Shown here: piece by piece, positions 50,169 through 61,980 of the stretch | How the letters are laid out: each line of letters begins with the position of its first letter | How positions within the stretch are numbered: the stretch's first letter is position 1 | DNA from: Hemiscyllium ocellatum | Lineage: Eukaryota | Assembly (NCBI RefSeq): GCF_020745735.1 | Contig: NW_026867487.1 | Coordinates: 4,543,239-4,607,238, forward strand | Length of the DNA stretch: 64,000 bases | Reading direction: 5' to 3' | Translations under genes and position numbers: made by a program | The notes under the pieces: model-generated | What the model saw: only the letters and a program-made list of their open reading frames with translations | Databases searched by the model: none | What the model was told of the DNA's origin: nothing

Positions 50169-51095
50169 ATGGAGAATTTGTGGAAATGTGAGGACTGCGG
50201 GAAGGCATTCAAATACCCATCCCGGCTGGAAATCCATCAACGCATTCACACTGGGGAGAAGCCATTCAACTGCGCCATGTGTGGCAAAGGATTTATTGAG
50301 TCAAACAAACTGGTGGCACACCAGCGAATTCATACCGAGGAGAGGCCATTCAGCTGCAGCTGCTGTACAAAAAGGTTCAGATCTCCTTCTGAAGTGAATA
50401 AGCACCAACGAGTTCACACTGGGGAGAAGCCGTTCATCTGCTCTGTATGCGGGAAGAGATTTACTCGTTCGTCTGGCCTTCGATCACACCAGCGAATTCA
50501 TACTGAGCAGAAGCCATTCAGCTGCACCTCCTGTGGTAAGAGGTTCAGACACTCCTCTGTTCTCATTGTGCACCAATTCACTCACACCAGGGAGAGGCCA
50601 TTCACTTGCTCCTTGTGCGGGAAGGGATTCACTCAGTCATCCAAACTGCTCATCCACCAGCGAGTTCACACTGGAGAAAAACCTTTCACCTGCCCCTTGT
50701 GTGGCAAGGGATTTGCCCAGAGAGCCCATGTGTTGACACACCAGAGAATTCACAGTGGGGAGAAACCGTTCACCTGCTCTGAATGTGGGCAGGGATTCAC
50801 TCGGTCAGCCAGCTTGCTCATACACCAGCGGGTTCACACTGGAGAAAAACCTTTCACCTGCTCCGAATGTGGCAAGGGGTTTGCTCAGAAGATCAATCTG
50901 TCGACACACCAGCGCGTCCACACTGGAGAAAAGCCTTTCAGCTGCACTACCTGCGGGAAGAATTTCAGGAGGAAATCCACCCTCATTGTGCACCAGCGAG
51001 TCCACTCTGGGGAGAGACCGTTCACCTGCTCCATGTGTGGGAAGGGATTCACTCAGTCCGTCAACCTAATGTCACACGTGCGAATTCATAAGTGA
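50169..51095 (+). CDS. C2H2 zinc-finger protein B, 11 tandem fingers, 308 aa, no effector domain
   Basis: First in-frame ATG, in Kozak context accATGg at 50169; canonical fingers and linkers; probable acceptor ttttccag at 49833-49834. Confidence 0.9.
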   Translation: MENLWKCEDCGKAFKYPSRLEIHQRIHTGEKPFNCAMCGKGFIESNKLVAHQRIHTEERPFSCSCCTKRFRSPSEVNKHQRVHTGEKPFICSVCGKRFTRSSGLRSHQRIHTEQKPFSCTSCGKRFRHSSVLIVHQFTHTRERPFTCSLCGKGFTQSSKLLIHQRVHTGEKPFTCPLCGKGFAQRAHVLTHQRIHSGEKPFTCSECGQGFTRSASLLIHQRVHTGEKPFTCSECGKGFAQKINLSTHQRVHTGEKPFSCTTCGKNFRRKSTLIVHQRVHSGERPFTCSMCGKGFTQSVNLMSHVRIHK

Positions 51096-51097
51096 AC

Positions 51098-51220
51098 ACC
51101 AGTACCCCACGGACTACAGCAACTCAAGAAGAGAGTTCACCAACATCTTCTCAAAGAGGAACAGACGATAAATGCTGGCCCAGCCAGTGATTCCCTTACA
51201 CCATGAAATAATCCAAAAAG
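51098..51220 (+). mobile_element. L2-like 3' tail directly after the ZNF-B stop codon
   Basis: ggactacagcaactcaagaag..caccaacatcttctcaa..ataaatgctggcccagccagtga. Confidence 0.65.
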
Positions 51221-52068
51221 AGGGGCTGCGGAATTTGGATTCTCATATTTTTGCTTCACTTGCTTCAGGACATTTTTCATATGAAGCCAACACATTCACA
51301 AAAGTATAGCTTGCAGAGAAGATTACAAGTGCTTTGTACAGCCAAGCTCTCCACTATGATGAAAAAAGAATAAAAGCGTAGACTACTTTCTAAACGGTGA
51401 GAAAATTCGTAAAGCCGAAGAACAAAGGGATCTGAGAGTGCTAGTCGAGGATTCTCTAAAGGTAAACATGCAGGTTGAGTCCGTGATTAAGAAAGTGAAT
51501 GCAATGTTGTCATTTATCTCAAGAGGGTTGGAATATAAAAGCACCGTTGTGCTACTGAGACTTTATAAAGCTCTGGTTAGGCCCCATTTGGAGTACTGTG
51601 TCCAGTTTTGGTCCCCACACCGCAGGAAGGACATACTGGCACTGGAGCATGTGCAGTGGAGATTCACACAGATGATCCCTGGAATGGTAGGTCTAACATA
51701 TGAGGAACGGCTGAGGATCCTGGGATTGTATTCATTGGAGTTTAGAAGATTAAGGGGAGATTTAATAGAAACTTACAAGATAATACATGGCTTGGAAAGG
51801 GTGGATGCTAGGAAATTGTTTCCGTTAGGCGAGGAGACAAGGACCCGTGGACACAGCGTTAGAATTAGAGGGGGTAAATTCAGAACAGAAATGCAGAGAC
51901 ATTTCTTCATCCAGAGAGTGGTGGGCCTGTGGAATTCATTGCCGCAGAGTGCAGTGGAGGCCAGGGCAGTAAATGTCTTCAAGGCAGAGATTGATAAATT
52001 CTTGATGTCTCAAGGAATTAAGGGCTATGGGGAGAATGCTGGTAAGTGGAGTGGAAATGCCCATCAGC

Positions 52069-52267
52069 TGGTTAAAGCGCAGCAGGTCAGGCAGCATCCA
52101 AGGAACAGGAAATTCGATGTTTCGGACATAAGCCCTTCCTGATGAAGGGCTTATGCCCGAAACGTTGAATTTCCTGTTCCTTGGATGATGCCTGACCTGC
52201 TGCGCTTTAACCAGCAACACATTTTCAGCTCTGATCTCCAGCATCTTCAGACCTCACCTTTTACTGA
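52069..52267. mobile_element. Penelope-derived fold-back in the CR1 3' UTR
   Basis: 14-bp TSD aaatgcccatcagc at 52055-52068 and 52268-52281; the uninterrupted site is present at ~63900-64000. Confidence 0.9.
52136..52169 (+). ncRNA. Minimal hammerhead ribozyme motif
   Basis: ttc-CTGATGA-a-gggc-ttat-gccc-GAAAC-GTT-gaa. Confidence 0.65.
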
Positions 52268-52799
52268 AAATGCCCATCAGCCATGATTGAATGACGGAGT
52301 GGACTCGATGGGCCAAATGGCCTTACTTCCACTCCTATGTCTTATGGTCTTCTGACTTTGTCATTTGGTCCTGTATTGTGGAATCTGACGCACCACACCC
52401 AACATTTTTCAGGTTAGGAACAAAGTGGAAGAAAGCGACACGTAATCGTCCACTTGATTTGATATATTTTTTTCCCAGTTTCCTATCCTTGCTATCCCCT
52501 GCAGATATGAAAGAAATTTATTTGTACACCAGTCGGACCGCAGGTTGAAAATCAGTCCCAACTGAAAACAAGGCCAAAAGTACGGTATGCTTTCAAACAG
52601 AGACTTGTCCTGCACTGAAAATGCTGTGCTAGTCACTCGCACAGAGATTCAGCTGCAAAGTATCATGAATTTTCTGTAACTCCTTGCTGTAAGGGAAGGG
52701 AATTTACACCTGGGAAAATCCTTTCATTAAAAACTGAAATTATCTTTCTGAATACCTACCCTCGACTGTCACCGTGGACTTGAGTAAACTCCTTTACAG

Positions 52800-53790
52800 G
52801 ATACCAGAAGGGGAGGGTTCTCTGTTCAGAATTTCAAATCAAACCTCATGTCACTCGTCAGCAGAGCTACTTGATCCATCAGGACTTGAATACCATTGAT
52901 CTTGAAAAGTTGAAGGAGGAATGTTTACTTTGTCTGCGGGAGAGCAACACAAATAATCAGTGAGAATCAGCGACAGACACACAAGCTAAGAGGATACTGG
53001 GGCAGCAGTGACTGTGGAATCAGTTTTTAAAAGTTACGCAGCTTGAAAAATTACTACATCATTCACAGTGGGGAGACACAGTGTTTGTGGTACGTGTCGG
53101 ATCAGGGCTTCAACTGATTGTCCAACCTGGAGAGAGACAGAAACACTGGCACCATGAACAAAAGGTGGAAATGTGAGCACTGCGGTAAAGGGTTAATATC
53201 TTCGTCTTGGCCTGGAAGTTATTGATGTGGTCCGTTGGGGGTAATCAATTCATCTATTTCGTATGTGGGAAGAGATTTCCTCAGACATGTCACGGCAGAC
53301 AGCTCGCACTGAGCAGAGGCCCTGCAACTGCATTTACAGTGGAAAGGAATTCAACATTCGTCCAGCCATGCTGCACCCCAATGCCTTCGCACGGGGGGAG
53401 ACCGTGTGTGGGAATTCACTCAAACATTTGACCTGATTGGACGCCAAGGGGGTTCACAGAGTAGACAGACCACTCACCTGACTTGGTTGTGGGAAGGGGT
53501 TCACCCTGTTGTTTGTTCTCCTGTCATACCACTGAGTTCACACTAAGGAGAAACAAGTCCTTTTGGAAGCATTTCAGACAGTTATCCAAATCAAAAACAG
53601 GAATTACTGGAGAAACTCAGCTGGTATGGCAGCGTCTGGGGAGGAAGAGCACAGAGTCAGTGTTTTGGTGCAGCGCCACTTTGTTCAGAATCCCCATGTT
53701 CAAACTGGCGAGGAGCTGTTCCCGTGTTCCATGTGAAGGAACGGATGCCTCAGTTGTGATAACTGTGGAAATGTCAGTGCGTTCATAAGT
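52800..53790 (+). pseudogene. C2H2 zinc-finger pseudogene
   Basis: tttacag acceptor; accATG MNKRWKCEHCGKG at 53154, homologous to the ZNF-B start, then frameshifted finger remnants; ends gttcataagtga like ZNF-B. Confidence 0.75.
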
Positions 53791-53979
53791 GAAGGCAGGG
53801 TTCTAATTCTGCTGCTATTGTCCACATTAACAACAAGCAGGATTCATCCTCTGAAAGCATTTAGTTTGTTTCTGCTGACATGAGCAGACCTGTAACTGGC
53901 TGGAGTTTAACATTCTGGATAACTGTGCTAACTTTAGGGGCCTCAGTGTCCAATTGTGATCTGAAATCTTTCCCCTTGT

Positions 53980-56240
53980 AAAATCATGGAGATGGACAGC
54001 ACAGAAACAGACACTTCGATCCAACCCATCCATGCTAACCAGATATCCTAAATTAATCTAGTCTCATTTGCCAGCACTTAGCCCACATCCTTCCTAATCA
54101 TATGCTCATTCAGATGTCTTTTAAATATTGTAATTGTACCCGCCTCCACCACTTCCTCGAGCAGCTCATTCCTATATGCGCTACCCTCTGCATGAAAGAG
54201 TTGCCCCTTAAATCCCTTACAAATTGTTCCCCTCTCACCTAAACCAATGCCCTCTAATCCTGGCCTCCCCCACCCCAGGGAAAATATCATGTCTATTTAT
54301 CCTATCCATGTGTCTTGTGATTTTATAAATCTCTTTCAGGACATCCGTCAGCCTCCGACAATCCAGGGAAAGCGGCCCCAGCCTATTCAGCATCTTCCTG
54401 TAGTTCAAACCCTCCAAACCTGGCAACATCCTTGTACATCTTTTCTGAGCCCTTTCAAGTTTCACAACATCCTTCCAATAGGATGGAGACCAGAATTGCA
54501 AACAGTACTCCAAAAGTGGCCTAACCAATGCCCTGTACAGCTGCAACATGACCTCCCAAATCTTATACTCAATACTCTAATAAAGGAAAGCAAACCAAAA
54601 GCCTTCTTCACTATCCTATCCACCTGTGACTCTACTTTCAGGAACTATGAATCTGCAATCCAAGGTCACCTCATTCAGCAACATTCCCAGGACCACACCA
54701 TTAAGTGTATAAGTCCTGCCTTTTTTGCCTTTCCAAAATGCAGCACCTCATATTCACCTAAAGTAAACTCCATCTGCCACGCGTCAGCCCATTGGCCCAT
54801 CTGATCAAGATCCCTTTGTATTCTGTCACCTCCAATTTTGGTGTCATCTGCAAACTTACTAACTGTACCTCCTACGTTCACATTCAATCATTTATATAAA
54901 TGACAAAAAGCAGTGGACCCAGCACTGATCCGTGTGGCACACCACTTGTCACAGGGCTGCAGTCAGAAAAACAACCCTCCACCATCACCCTCTCTCTTCT
55001 ACCTTCAAGCCAGCTCTGTATCCACATGTCTCGTTCCCTGTATTCCATGTGATCTAACCTTGCTAACCAGTCTCCCATGGGGAACCTTGTCAGATGCCAT
55101 ACTGAAGTCCATTTCAATTACATCCATAATTCTGCCCTCATGAATCCTCTTCATTACTTAGAGTCATAGAATCAAGTTTGTGAGACATGATTTCTCATGC
55201 ACAAAGCCATGTTGATTATCCCTAATCAGTCCTTGCCTTTCCAAACACATGAAATTCCTGTCCCTCAGGACTCCTTCCAAAACTTACCCACCACTGATGT
55301 CATGCTCACTGGTCCATTGTACCAAGGCTTTTCGTTCCCATCTTCCTTAATTAGTGGCACTACACTAGTCGACCTCCAGTCTTCCAGCATCCTCATTTTG
55401 TGACTGTTGACGATACAGACATCTCAGTGAGGAGCCCAGCAATCATTTCCATAGCTTCCACAGAGTTCTAGGATACACCTGATCAGGTCCTAGGGGATAT
55501 ATCCTCCTTTATGTGTTTTAAGACATCCAGCACCACCTCCTCTATAATACGGACATTTTTCACAATGCCACCATCTATTTCTCCACATTCTATATCTTCC
55601 ATGTCCTTCTCTACAGTAAACACTGATGGAAAATACTCGTTAAATATCTCTTCTATTTTCTGCAGTTCCACAGATAGGCTGCCTTGCTGATCTTGAATTG
55701 GCTCTATTCTCTCCTCAATTACCCTTTTGTCCTTAACGTATTTATAAAGTCCCTTTGAGTTCTCCTTAACCCTATTTTATATTCCTTTTTTTTTGTCTTT
55801 CTGATTTCCCTGTTAAGTATGTTCCTACTGCCTTTATACACTCAATATCTGCTGTGCAAACCTGACATATGCTTCCTTCTGTTTCTTGACTAAAACGTCA
55901 ACTTCTGTAGCCATCCAACATTCCTTTCACCTACCAGACTTGCCTTTCACAATAACAGAATCATTGTCTCTGGACCCCCGTTATCTAATTTCTGAATGCT
56001 TCCCCTTTTCCAGCCGTTCTTTTACCTGCGACTATCCAGCCCCAATCACCTTTTGGAATTTCTGGCTTAATACAGTCAAAGTTGGCCTTTGTCCAATTTT
56101 GAACTTTAACTCTTGGATCTGGCCTATCCTTTTCCATCAAATATTTCCAAACTAATAGGATAATGGTTGCTGGCCCCGAAGTGCTCCCCCACTGATACCT
56201 CAGTCAATTGCTATGCTGGCCTGCCTTATTTCCCAACAGG
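53980..56240 (-). mobile_element. CR1 (HER1-like) LINE, 5'-truncated
   Basis: [40 protein letters not shown]. Confidence 0.92.
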
Positions 56241-56359
56241 ATTGATTCAGAAAATCTCAGAAACCTGTTCACAGTAAAATTGTGAACTTTTCGTAAGTTC
56301 TAAATTGACCTTCGGCAGCAAATTTATAACTCTGAAAGGCTGTACTGATGAACGTCTGT

Positions 56360-56662
56360 GGGCGGCACGGTGGTTAGCACTGCTGCCTCACAGTGCCAGA
56401 GACCCGGGTTCAATTCCCGCCTCAGGCGACTGACTGTGTGGAGTTTGCACGTTCTCCCCGTGTCTGCGTGGGTTTCCTCCGGGTGCTCCGGTTTCCTCCC
56501 ACAGTCCAAAGATGTGCGGGTCAGGTGAATTGGCCATGCTCAATTGCCTGTAGTGTTAGGTAAGGGGTAAATGTAGGGGTATGGGTGGGTTGCGCTTTGG
56601 CGGGTCGGTGTGGACTTGTTGGGCCGAAGGGCCTGTTTCCACACTGTAAGTAATCTAATCTA
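56360..56662 (+). mobile_element. HE1-type V-SINE, near consensus
   Basis: A and B boxes; gtgtggagtttgcacgttctccccgtgtctgcgtgggtttcctccgggtgctccggtttcctcccacagtccaaaga. Confidence 0.92.
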
Positions 56663-57704
56663 GTCTCCAATGGTTAATCCTCTCTGAGAATTCTCGCTAT
56701 TTTGCACGTACTTGACTGTGGCGTATCTATTGTGAAATGAAATTACGAAGGAGCATGAAACTGAAGAAGGAAGTATTTTACAGACAAATCAATAAAAAAT
56801 TCATGGTGGGTGTCCTGACTGCTGTTTCTTGGTCAGTTTTTTTTAACTTCACATTTTCTAAAAACGCTACCAGTTTTGGCTTCCCTGGACACCGATGCAG
56901 TGTTTCTAAACCCATCTCTTGACTGTGGGCTGAGCAGCCTATTTTGGTGCACCTGCTTTTAGTACAGCCTCACCAATCCTCTGTAAGACCTCTACACATA
57001 TAACAAAAGGGATGGGATTTGAGGGTTGTCCTCATCTCCCTGTAAAATGGTCAAACAGTAGGGTTTGGGGCCTAGCTTTGCTGGTCCTCTCCCTTGTAAA
57101 ATTGCTGTCTCTTGTACAGCTGTAAATGTTTATTGTAAACTGTTTTGTAATTTGTTTAATAAAATAAAAAAAAATAACAAAAGGGAAATCTTCCACTGGA
57201 TTTCCTGTATACAGTGAGTTGGTTATCATAACTGAACGTGACCATTTTTCCTGGTGAACCCACAGAATCCTGCCCTTGCATCCTGCGGCATTGAGTGGAT
57301 CAAATCTCAAGATGCCCCCAGGTCCCTCGGCTTCCCATGTGAACACGCAATGCAACAGCTAGACACCCACTGATAACAATAGAGGTGGAGAAGAACATAT
57401 AAACTGAAGTCAGTCTGTTGTACGTTTCCATTAGGCAGGCCATCAAAAAAAAATCAAGTGTAGTTTCTGTGAGTATCATGGTTTAGTTTCCGAGACCCTT
57501 TGTCTTATTAATGAGCAGAACATTTTAAAGTTTAAAACCCCATTATATTTTAGAATCTGAACACCATCACTCATCTCATTTTAAAATACACATCAGTACC
57601 ATCACGTCACAGCTCTCAGGCTCCCATCTGGATCAGAAGCGAGATAAGAATGGAGTGGGTTAGTTTGACAGCAGTGCTCCTCCCTTTTATTTCTCAATCT
57701 CATG

Positions 57705-57998
57705 AGCACAGTGGTTAGCACTGCTGTCTCACAGCGCCAAAGACCCGGGTTCAATTCCTGCCTCAGGCAACCGTCTGTGTGGAGTTTGCACATGCTCCGC
57801 GTGTCTGCGTGGGTTTCCTCCTGGTGCTCCGGTTTCCCTCCCACAGTCCAAAAATGTGCAGGGTAGGTGAATTGGCCATGCTAAATTGCCTGCAGTGTTA
57901 GGTGAAAGGGTAAAATGTAGGGGAATGGGTTGCTCTTCAGAGGGTCAGTGTGGACTTGTTGGGGCGAAGGGCCTATTTCCACACTAAGTAATTTAATC
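57705..57998 (+). mobile_element. HE1-type V-SINE
   Basis: Consensus match, flanked by aatctcat repeats. Confidence 0.88.
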
Positions 57999-58504
57999 TC
58001 ATCAAAATATTAAGAGGGGGGTGTCTCTTTTTTTCCTCTGTTCAGGCACGGGGGAAGAACTCTGATCGATTGTGTAGGATATCCTGATAGTCAGAGAAGG
58101 AGGACTGTTCACTGGTTTGATTCTCAGGTTGCCTTCAGCCTGAGTCTCCAGCTCCAGGGACATCAGTTTGTACCTGGGCTGAGTGACAATATATGGGCTG
58201 CCTGCCCTTTGAGAAATTCAAGCTGATTTATATGATGCCAGCTCTTGTTGTCTATTCCCAGCTGTAATTTGCAATGTGAAGGACTCGATTTCTCAAGAAT
58301 CAAATAGGGCCCAGCACACTGTGGGGAAAGGAGAGACGTAGTTCAGAACACTGTCAGCATCACTGTGTCCCCTGGTTTATAGTCCACAAGGTGCATGTGT
58401 TTGTCCCACAGAACTTTCTGAGTTTGTACTGCCTTCCCCAATCTACACGGTGCCACAATTCTGGCCCCGAAGTCTTCCTTGGGGTCAAAAGGCTCAACCT
58501 TTGG

Positions 58505-58818
58505 GGTGGCACGCTGGCTCAGCGGTTATCACAGTGCCGGGGACCCAGGTCGGATTCAAACCTCAGGCGACTGGAGTTTGCACGTTCTCCGCATGGGTTT
58601 CCATTGGGTAACCTAGGCTTTCCTCCCACCATCTAAAGATGTGGAAGTTAGGCGGATTGGCCATGCTAAATTGCTCATAATATTTAAGGATCTGTAGCTT
58701 AGGTGCAGTATCCATACAGGAACAGGGTCGAGGGTTGGGTCTGGGTGGGATGCTCTTCGAAGGGTCAGTGTGGATATGTTGGACTGAATAGCCTGTTCAA
58801 ACACTGGGGATTCTATGA
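58505..58818 (+). mobile_element. Diverged HE1-type V-SINE
   Basis: tggagtttgcacgttctcc, ggattggccatgctaaattg. Confidence 0.75.
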
Positions 58819-59122
58819 TAGAAATGTCTCTGTCCTGTCCCTCTGTGCCATGTTATCCCTGTGAGCACTCCTTCCCTGGTTAGTATATCTGCACTTTTAT
58901 TTCCATGTTTTTCAGTGTGCTTTAACTTCCTCCAGAATGTTTTTGCCACCACTTTGAATATGCCTTCTCAACGGACGTCCACCTCCTCATGAAAATCCCT
59001 GGCTGTTCTTCCACAATGGCTACAGCTGCTAATTCCACACCTTGCGGCCCCAATATTTGCAGGTAGTTTATCTGCGCTCCCCACCCCGTCAAGACCTCCT
59101 ATTTGGGTCCTGCAGGGAAATA

Positions 59123-59252
59123 GGGAGAAAGTGAGGACTGCAGATGCTGGAAATCAGAGTCAAGTGTGTCATGCTGGAAAAGCACAGCAGGTCAGGCAGC
59201 ATCCAAGAAGCAGGAGAATCAACATTTCAGGCAAAAGCCCTTCATCAGGAAT
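59123..59252 (-). mobile_element. Penelope-derived 3' terminus with hammerhead core
   Basis: gagaaagtgaggactgcagatgctgg...; minus strand reads attcCTGATGAagggcttttgcctGAAATGTT. Confidence 0.8.
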
Positions 59253-60719
59253 TGTATTACTGCATGTGAATACCCTATATACCGTTGGCTCCCTATTTAC
59301 ATAAGAGGTACTGTCCATACAAGTATTTGGAATTTCCCTGTCAATGCCATGAATATTGCCGCCAATATCACTCGCCACGTTCTATTTCGGTTTAAAAGGA
59401 CCCATTCTTGGTACCAAAATTGACCATTCATGATGCAGGAAGGTGGATCTGCAGCCTGGGGTTTCCAGATTCTGGGTTAACCATGTTAACAGGCACTGGT
59501 CTATCTGGCCCTTCTCAGGGCAGAGTGGTGCTATAACTGCCTCCGGAGTGTCAGCTCCCAGTGAGCACCGTGACCGATCTGGCCACTTACAAAGCTGAAA
59601 TTATCACTTGGACCCTTCCCTTGTTCTGGAGCCCTTCCTCTGCCCTTCCACACATTCCTCCAGGCCATGGGGACCATCTGTGGGGCTGCTTGTCATTTTG
59701 ATATCTCCTGCATTTCCCTTGCCAATCTCTGGCTCCTTGTCAAGCTACAGGTCCCTGTCTCTGTACCTCGTGTTTTTTTTTATATTCTGAGTCCATGACT
59801 CAATCTCAGGCTCTGTGCTGAGCTACAGTCCCTGACATTGTACCTGACTTATTTTACTCTGAATCTTGAGTAACCTTAAAGTTCTTAAATGTTTGTGCAA
59901 ACACGCAAACTTGAAATCTGCTGAGATGTTAAAATGTGTACTCTAACCCAATTTCAGCTGGTCGAACTGGAGTTGAGCCTGTTCTTCCTGCTGCCAAGTT
60001 CCTGCTTCTTGGTCCTGATATTCTAAGGAGTGTGTGTTGCAGACATCAAGCCTCAAACTAACTCCACTAAAAAACTATCTCCAGTTCAAAGACAACTATG
60101 AATGATGACTCTATTTTCTGTCACTCAGCCAGTTTCACATCAATGTTATTGTTGTCCCTTTTATTCCTTTACATCTAGGTTTTGCTCATTGTGGAGTTTT
60201 TAATCAAATACCTTTGCCTGTCCATGTTCATCCTATCAACTGAAATATCATCAACTCTCCTCAAAATCTCGAGATATAGTTCACTGTGATTTTCTGTGAA
60301 CGATCCTGTTTTGCTTTCCCGAATGAACCTACGTTTCTTCAAGTGGCTTCTCATTTTGTCCAGCATGCTCATTTCTGACGTGTGTCAGAGCACCCAGGTT
60401 TAACTGACTGTCCTGTCAGTGCTGAATTAACTGACGAAAAGTTTTCATTTGGCAAAATGAAAGAGTAGTAATGGAGATGCATAGGCATCGAGATGTATCT
60501 GGATGAGGTGCGAACAGAATATTTAGATATCCTAAATACAATTTTTTTTAAAAGATCAGTTTATGATGGCATTAACTGCAATCATGCTTTCAGAAGCTGC
60601 TAGACCTGTTGAGTATTTGCATCTCCTTTCTGTTTTTATGTCAGATTTCCAGCATTTTGCTTCTGCATTTGTTCTTAGGACTCAAGGGATCAAAGGGTGG
60701 AGGGAGAAAACCTTCATTA

Positions 60720-61075
60720 TTAAATCTCCCAGCTCTGCCTCCCCCTCCCTCACCTCTGCCTCCCCCTCCCTCACCTCATCCCAGATCCAAACCTCCAACC
60801 CAGCACCGTCCCCTTGAACTGTCCAACCTGCCTATCTTCCTTCCCACCTATCCACTCCACCCTCCCCCTCTGACCTATCACCATCAAACCCCACCTGCAC
60901 CTAATTATCGCCTTTCCAGCTTCCTTCAACCCCCAACCCCCATCCTCCTATTTATCTTCCAATTCCCATCCCTCCCCTTCCACATTCCTGAAGGGCTTAT
61001 GCCTGATACGTCGATTCTCCTGCTCCTCGGATGCTGCCTGATCTGCTGTGCTTTTCCAGCACAACACTTTTGACT
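60720..61075 (+). mobile_element. Penelope 3' end (C-rich tract and decayed hammerhead)
   Basis: Collinear with 41790-42100. Confidence 0.75.
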
Positions 61076-61267
61076 CTCCTTTTGTAGATTTGAGCAAACA
61101 TTCACTGACTTCAACGTTGGATTTTAATGATAATCCAAGAGCTTACTTAGTCATGTTTTTTTCCCAAGTATTGTCTCCACAAAGGATCAGATCAGTTTCT
61201 CTCAATTTCACAACCTGTGTATGTTCTTTTAGCTTCTCTCTCGCAACCTTTTATTTGCAATTAGCAG

Positions 61268-61980
61268 ACTCGTATGAGTAAGCATCCACGTCTGACAGGC
61301 ATTCTGATAATCGAAAACAAAAGATTTTGAACAAGGCAGGAAACCGTACGTCACACCCACTGTGTGTGTGCAAGAGTCTTTGCCAGCATTTATCTCAAAT
61401 GTCCAAACACCATTCCAGATACACAGGAGAGTGACAGTGGAAACATGGGAATTGTGTGAAGGGATTTTTTTTACCCATCCCAGCTAAAACGCACCAACAC
61501 AGTCACACTGGGGAGAAGGCATTCACCTGCTCTGACTGGGGGAAGAGATTCACATCATCATTCAACTTGTTGACACTGCAGAGAGACCATTCATTTGCTC
61601 TCTGTGTGGGAAGGGTGTCATTTCGTCATCCACACTTCGGATGCACCAGCAACTTCACACTCGGGAGAAACTGTTCGGCTGCTCCCAGTCAGGGAAGGGA
61701 TTCATTCAGCCATTCTCCCTGCAAAGACACCAGTGAGCTCATACTGGCGAGAAACCGTTCACTTGCTCCATGTGTGGAACGGATTTCACTCTCACAACTG
61801 ATCTGTTGAGACACCGGTGAAGAGAAACCGTTCAGTGTGTGGAAAGGGATTCAGTCAGGCATCCAACCTGGTAACACCAAGTTCACACTGGAGAGAAACT
61901 GTCCACCTGCTCGGACTGTGGGAAAGTAAAGTATTCACTTAGTCATCCCTGGTGAGTCACCAGCGAATTCACAAACAAGT
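61268..61980 (+). pseudogene. C2H2 zinc-finger pseudogene
   Basis: HQHSHTGEKAFTCSDWGKRF followed by frameshifted finger remnants. Confidence 0.78.

Larger units (their letters stand above)
51355..52350 (+). mobile_element. Relatively young CR1 3' portion
   Basis: Open ORF 51438-52142 with LVRPHLEYCVQFWSP and RTRGHS; tail cctatgtcttatggtctt. Confidence 0.92.
58200..59600 (-). mobile_element. Decayed, internally deleted LTR retroelement / retrovirus-like remnant (RNase H and integrase C-terminus)
   Basis: Hand translation of -: ELAAVA (59035-59018), EVKAH (58929-58915), GNKSADIL (58904-58881), YKPGDTVML..LSPQCAGPYLILEK..WHHINQL (~58382-58220). Confidence 0.65.

Noticed and set aside
56360-56430. 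tRNA-like A/B boxes
   Set aside because: SINE heads followed by a V-domain and LINE tail, not tRNA genes.
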